Positions 35,975 to 38,400 of a DNA stretch of 38,400 nt are shown one piece after another. The notes beneath the pieces are model-generated. The model was given only the letters and a program-made list of their open reading frames with translations, had not been told where the DNA came from and ran no database searches. Made by a program: the position numbers and the translations under genes. Each line of letters starts with the position of its first letter. Position 1 is the first letter of the stretch. This stretch comes from Candidatus Bathyarchaeota archaeon (GTDB taxonomy: Archaea > Thermoproteota > Bathyarchaeia > Bathyarchaeales > Bathycorpusculaceae), in the NCBI GenBank assembly GCA_020350385.1, contig CP070714.1, positions 581,861 to 620,260 on the forward strand. Direction: 5' to 3'.

Positions 35975-37494
35975 TGTCAAAACTATTGCGTGGAGGACGG
36001 CTATCACCAGTGCGAGAAGACGTTGCCAAATTCACCTCATCAATGAAAAACGACATCAGACTATCGAAGGCTGTAATAGACATTAACAAAGCCCACGTGA
36101 TAATGCTGATGGAGCAGAAAATCCTCAAGCAGTCAGACGGACCAAAACTTCTGAAAGCACTAGTGAAGTGCTCCAGCATCAAGTTAGATGCTTCTGCTGA
36201 AGACATTCACATGGCGGTAGAAGAAGCAGTACTCAAAGATGCAGGAGAGACAGCAGGCGGAAACCTCCATATCGCCAAGAGCAGAAACGACCAAGCTGCC
36301 ACAGCCATCCGCATGGAATTACGAAAAGAGCTGCTTAATCTGATGCGTGCCGTAGCTCATGTGCAAGATCACTTAGCCGAGGTTGCAGAAGACCACGTGA
36401 ACACCGTCATTTTGGAGTACACTCACCTGCAACCCGCGCAGCCAGTGACGTTCGCCCATTACCTTCTGTCACACTTCGCTGCGCTAGAACGCGACCTGCA
36501 AAGAATTCAGAGCGCTTACACAAGAGTTAATCTTTGCCCGCTCGGCGCAGGAGCCTTAGCTACAACAAGCTTCCCAATAAACCGCGACAGAACCGCAGAA
36601 CTCTTAGGCTTCAACGGCTTAGCGGAAAACTCGATTGACGCTGTAGGTAGCCGAGACTTCATCACTGAAACTATCGCGGTCCTCACGCTTATCGCTGTAA
36701 ACCTAAGTCGCTTTGCCGAGGACCTCATAATCTGGGGTTCCCCGGACTTCGGAGTAGTGGAGCTTCCAGACGAGTTCACCAGCACCAGCAGCATCATGCC
36801 ACAGAAAAAAAACCCTGAGGTCTTGGAGGTCATCCGGGCAAGAGCCAGCCATGTGCTGGGTGATTTTATGGCTTCAGCCGCTGCGGTGAAGAGTTTGCCG
36901 TCCACGTATAACCTTGACTTTCAGGAAATCACGCCCAAGCTCTGGCAATCCATAGAAAACGTGCGTGCTTCGCTGAATATGTTCCACAAGCTGCTTCCAA
37001 AACTTAAAGTAACCGCGGATGTCTATGACAAAGCTAACGCAAGTTTTGTGGCTGCGACCGAGTTGGCTAACATGCTTGTCTGTAAATATAATGTACCGTT
37101 CCGAACAGCGCACAAGGTAGTCGGTGCCCTTGTCAAGTCTTTGATAGAGGCGAAACTAACTTACGCAGATGTTACGCCTGAATTGCTGCAGAAAGCGGCT
37201 AAGAATGTTGCAGGCATCAAATTAGCAGTCACGGCTAAAGACCTGAAAGCGCTCGCAAATCCGCTTGCGCTGGTTGAAGCCTGTAAAGTCAAGGGCGGAC
37301 CCGCGCCCGTCGAGGTCAAAAAAGCGATAGAATTATGGAAGAAAAAGTTGTTTCTAACCAAATCCAATATATTGCAGATGGACAAGGAGCTTGAAGAGGC
37401 TGAAAACAAATTGGAGAAGGTCGTCAAATCATATTTTCCTGTGGGTTCCTGCGAAAACGCAACACTTAAGAGTTCAAACTTGGAGGATGTATAG
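35974..37494 (+). CDS. argH: argininosuccinate lyase
   Basis: AKSRNDQ, YTHLQPAQP, PLGAGALA, STSSIMPQKKNP, YNLDFQE, PFRTAH. Start moved to ATG 35974, overlapping the argG stop (TAATG). Confidence 0.96.
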   Translation: MSKLLRGGRLSPVREDVAKFTSSMKNDIRLSKAVIDINKAHVIMLMEQKILKQSDGPKLLKALVKCSSIKLDASAEDIHMAVEEAVLKDAGETAGGNLHIAKSRNDQAATAIRMELRKELLNLMRAVAHVQDHLAEVAEDHVNTVILEYTHLQPAQPVTFAHYLLSHFAALERDLQRIQSAYTRVNLCPLGAGALATTSFPINRDRTAELLGFNGLAENSIDAVGSRDFITETIAVLTLIAVNLSRFAEDLIIWGSPDFGVVELPDEFTSTSSIMPQKKNPEVLEVIRARASHVLGDFMASAAAVKSLPSTYNLDFQEITPKLWQSIENVRASLNMFHKLLPKLKVTADVYDKANASFVAATELANMLVCKYNVPFRTAHKVVGALVKSLIEAKLTYADVTPELLQKAAKNVAGIKLAVTAKDLKALANPLALVEACKVKGGPAPVEVKKAIELWKKKLFLTKSNILQMDKELEEAENKLEKVVKSYFPVGSCENATLKSSNLEDV

Positions 37495-37789
37495 GGCTTT
37501 GGTCCTAGAACTTAATTCCAGCAAAGACCAAAAAGCGGTTCTAATATCAGAAGAAGGCCCCTTTTCAATTGATTATCGATTTGGAGCCCATCCGCCTAGA
37601 AACGGCTATGGCGTTCCAAGCCATAGCGCTAACTTCGACAGCGGAATTCCAGTTTGTTTTGAATCTTATCAAAATCACGTCACAATTCTTACAACAAAGG
37701 GAATTGACGTGAAAACCCGTTGCGGGTTTTCTGCAATAACCTTGGATAACTGGTCAATAAACAATGCAATATTAAACGAACGGAGATGA
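37487..37789 (+). pseudogene. carA: degraded remnant of carbamoyl-phosphate synthase small subunit
   Basis: KAVLISEEGPFSIDYRFGA, HPPRNGYGVP...GIPVCFES and GID resemble the CarA N-domain motifs (KA.L.LEDG..F.G..FGA; YPL.GNYGVP; ES; GIDTR), with intervening segments and the GATase domain missing. Lies in the expected argH-carA-carB position. Confidence 0.6.
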
Positions 37790-37798
37790 ATGTGAAAA

Positions 37799-38170
37799 TT
37801 GCCAGAAATAGAAGATATCAAGAAAGTCCTGATCATAGGAAGCGGGGCGATAAAAATTGGCGAGGCAGGCGAATTCGACTATTCAGGCGCGCAAGCGATA
37901 AAAGCAGTTAAAGAAGAAGGAATAGAGGATGTTCTCGTCAATCCGAACGTTGCCACACTTCAAACTGGTAAAAAATTTGTAGGCGATAAAGCGTATTTCC
38001 TGCTGACAACACCTGAATTTGTGGAAAAAGTAGTTGAAAAAGAAAGACCAGGCGGAATTTTCCTTGGATTCGGCGGTCAAATTGCTTTAAATTGTGGAAC
38101 AGAATTGGCAGAAAGAAGAATTTTGGAGATTAATATTATCGAAAGTGGAGATGAACATGCCCTTACGTAA
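37799..38170 (+). pseudogene. carB: truncated carbamoyl-phosphate synthase large subunit (N-terminal ~110 aa)
   Basis: [30 protein letters not shown]...NPNVAT.QT...ERP....GFGGQ.ALN; similarity ends near 38128 and the frame stops at 38170. Confidence 0.85.
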
Positions 38171-38400
38171 CGATATTAAGAAGATTATGATTATTGGTTC
38201 CGGACCAATTGTTATAGGGCAGGCTTGTGAGTTCGATTATTCTGGTACCCAAGCATGTAAGGCCTTGAAATCGTTAGGTTACCAGATTGTGTTGGTTAAC
38301 TCAAATCCGGCAACAATTATGACTGACCCCGATATGGCGGATGCCACTTATATCGAACCCCTCAATCTTGAGACGATGATTAAAATCATCGAGAAAGAAC
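38157..38400 (+). CDS. carB: carbamoyl-phosphate synthase large subunit, second copy (5' part; runs off the window)
   Basis: Not in the ORF track. GGAG RBS, then [81 protein letters not shown], open to the end of the window. Confidence 0.92.
   Translation, partial: MPLRNDIKKIMIIGSGPIVIGQACEFDYSGTQACKALKSLGYQIVLVNSNPATIMTDPDMADATYIEPLNLETMIKIIEKE

Noticed and set aside
37391..37789. 132-aa ORF as an intact novel protein
   Set aside because: Its 5' part overlaps argH, and the rest is better explained as a carA remnant.
1..38400. tRNA, rRNA, CRISPR array or intact IS/transposase
   Set aside because: The larger intergenic gaps were read by eye; no cloverleaf/T-loop signature, regularly spaced repeats or transposase ORF was seen. 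A covariance-model scan (tRNAscan-SE, Infernal/Rfam) would be needed to exclude small ncRNAs.

Overview
Archaeal chromosomal window. It is most consistent with Candidatus Bathyarchaeia, inferred from the co-occurrence of a eukaryote-like topoisomerase IB, aRF1, rtcB/archease and the H4MPT C1 genes mtd and ftr. Amino-acid biosynthesis dominates: a complete DAP-aminotransferase lysine operon (dapA-dapB-lysC-asd-lysA-dapF-dapL), a LysW carrier-protein operon (lysW-X-Y-Z-J-K) divergent from lysM, a threonine cluster (thrC-hom-aspartate kinase), and argG-argH followed by a decayed carA, a truncated carB and a second, different carB. The main observation is a 53-bp block (48/53 identical) upstream of both lysW and argG, each time between the operon and a divergent regulator gene, while tandem Lrp-type palindromes sit upstream of dapA instead. 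Both lysW and argG also appear to start at ATA. Together this suggests the LysW system serves ornithine/arginine synthesis within an undescribed arginine regulon, possibly run by an ACT-domain protein, using an unusual enlarged LysX-like ligase. No rRNA, tRNA or CRISPR array was seen. Family assignments come from recalled motifs; no searches were run.
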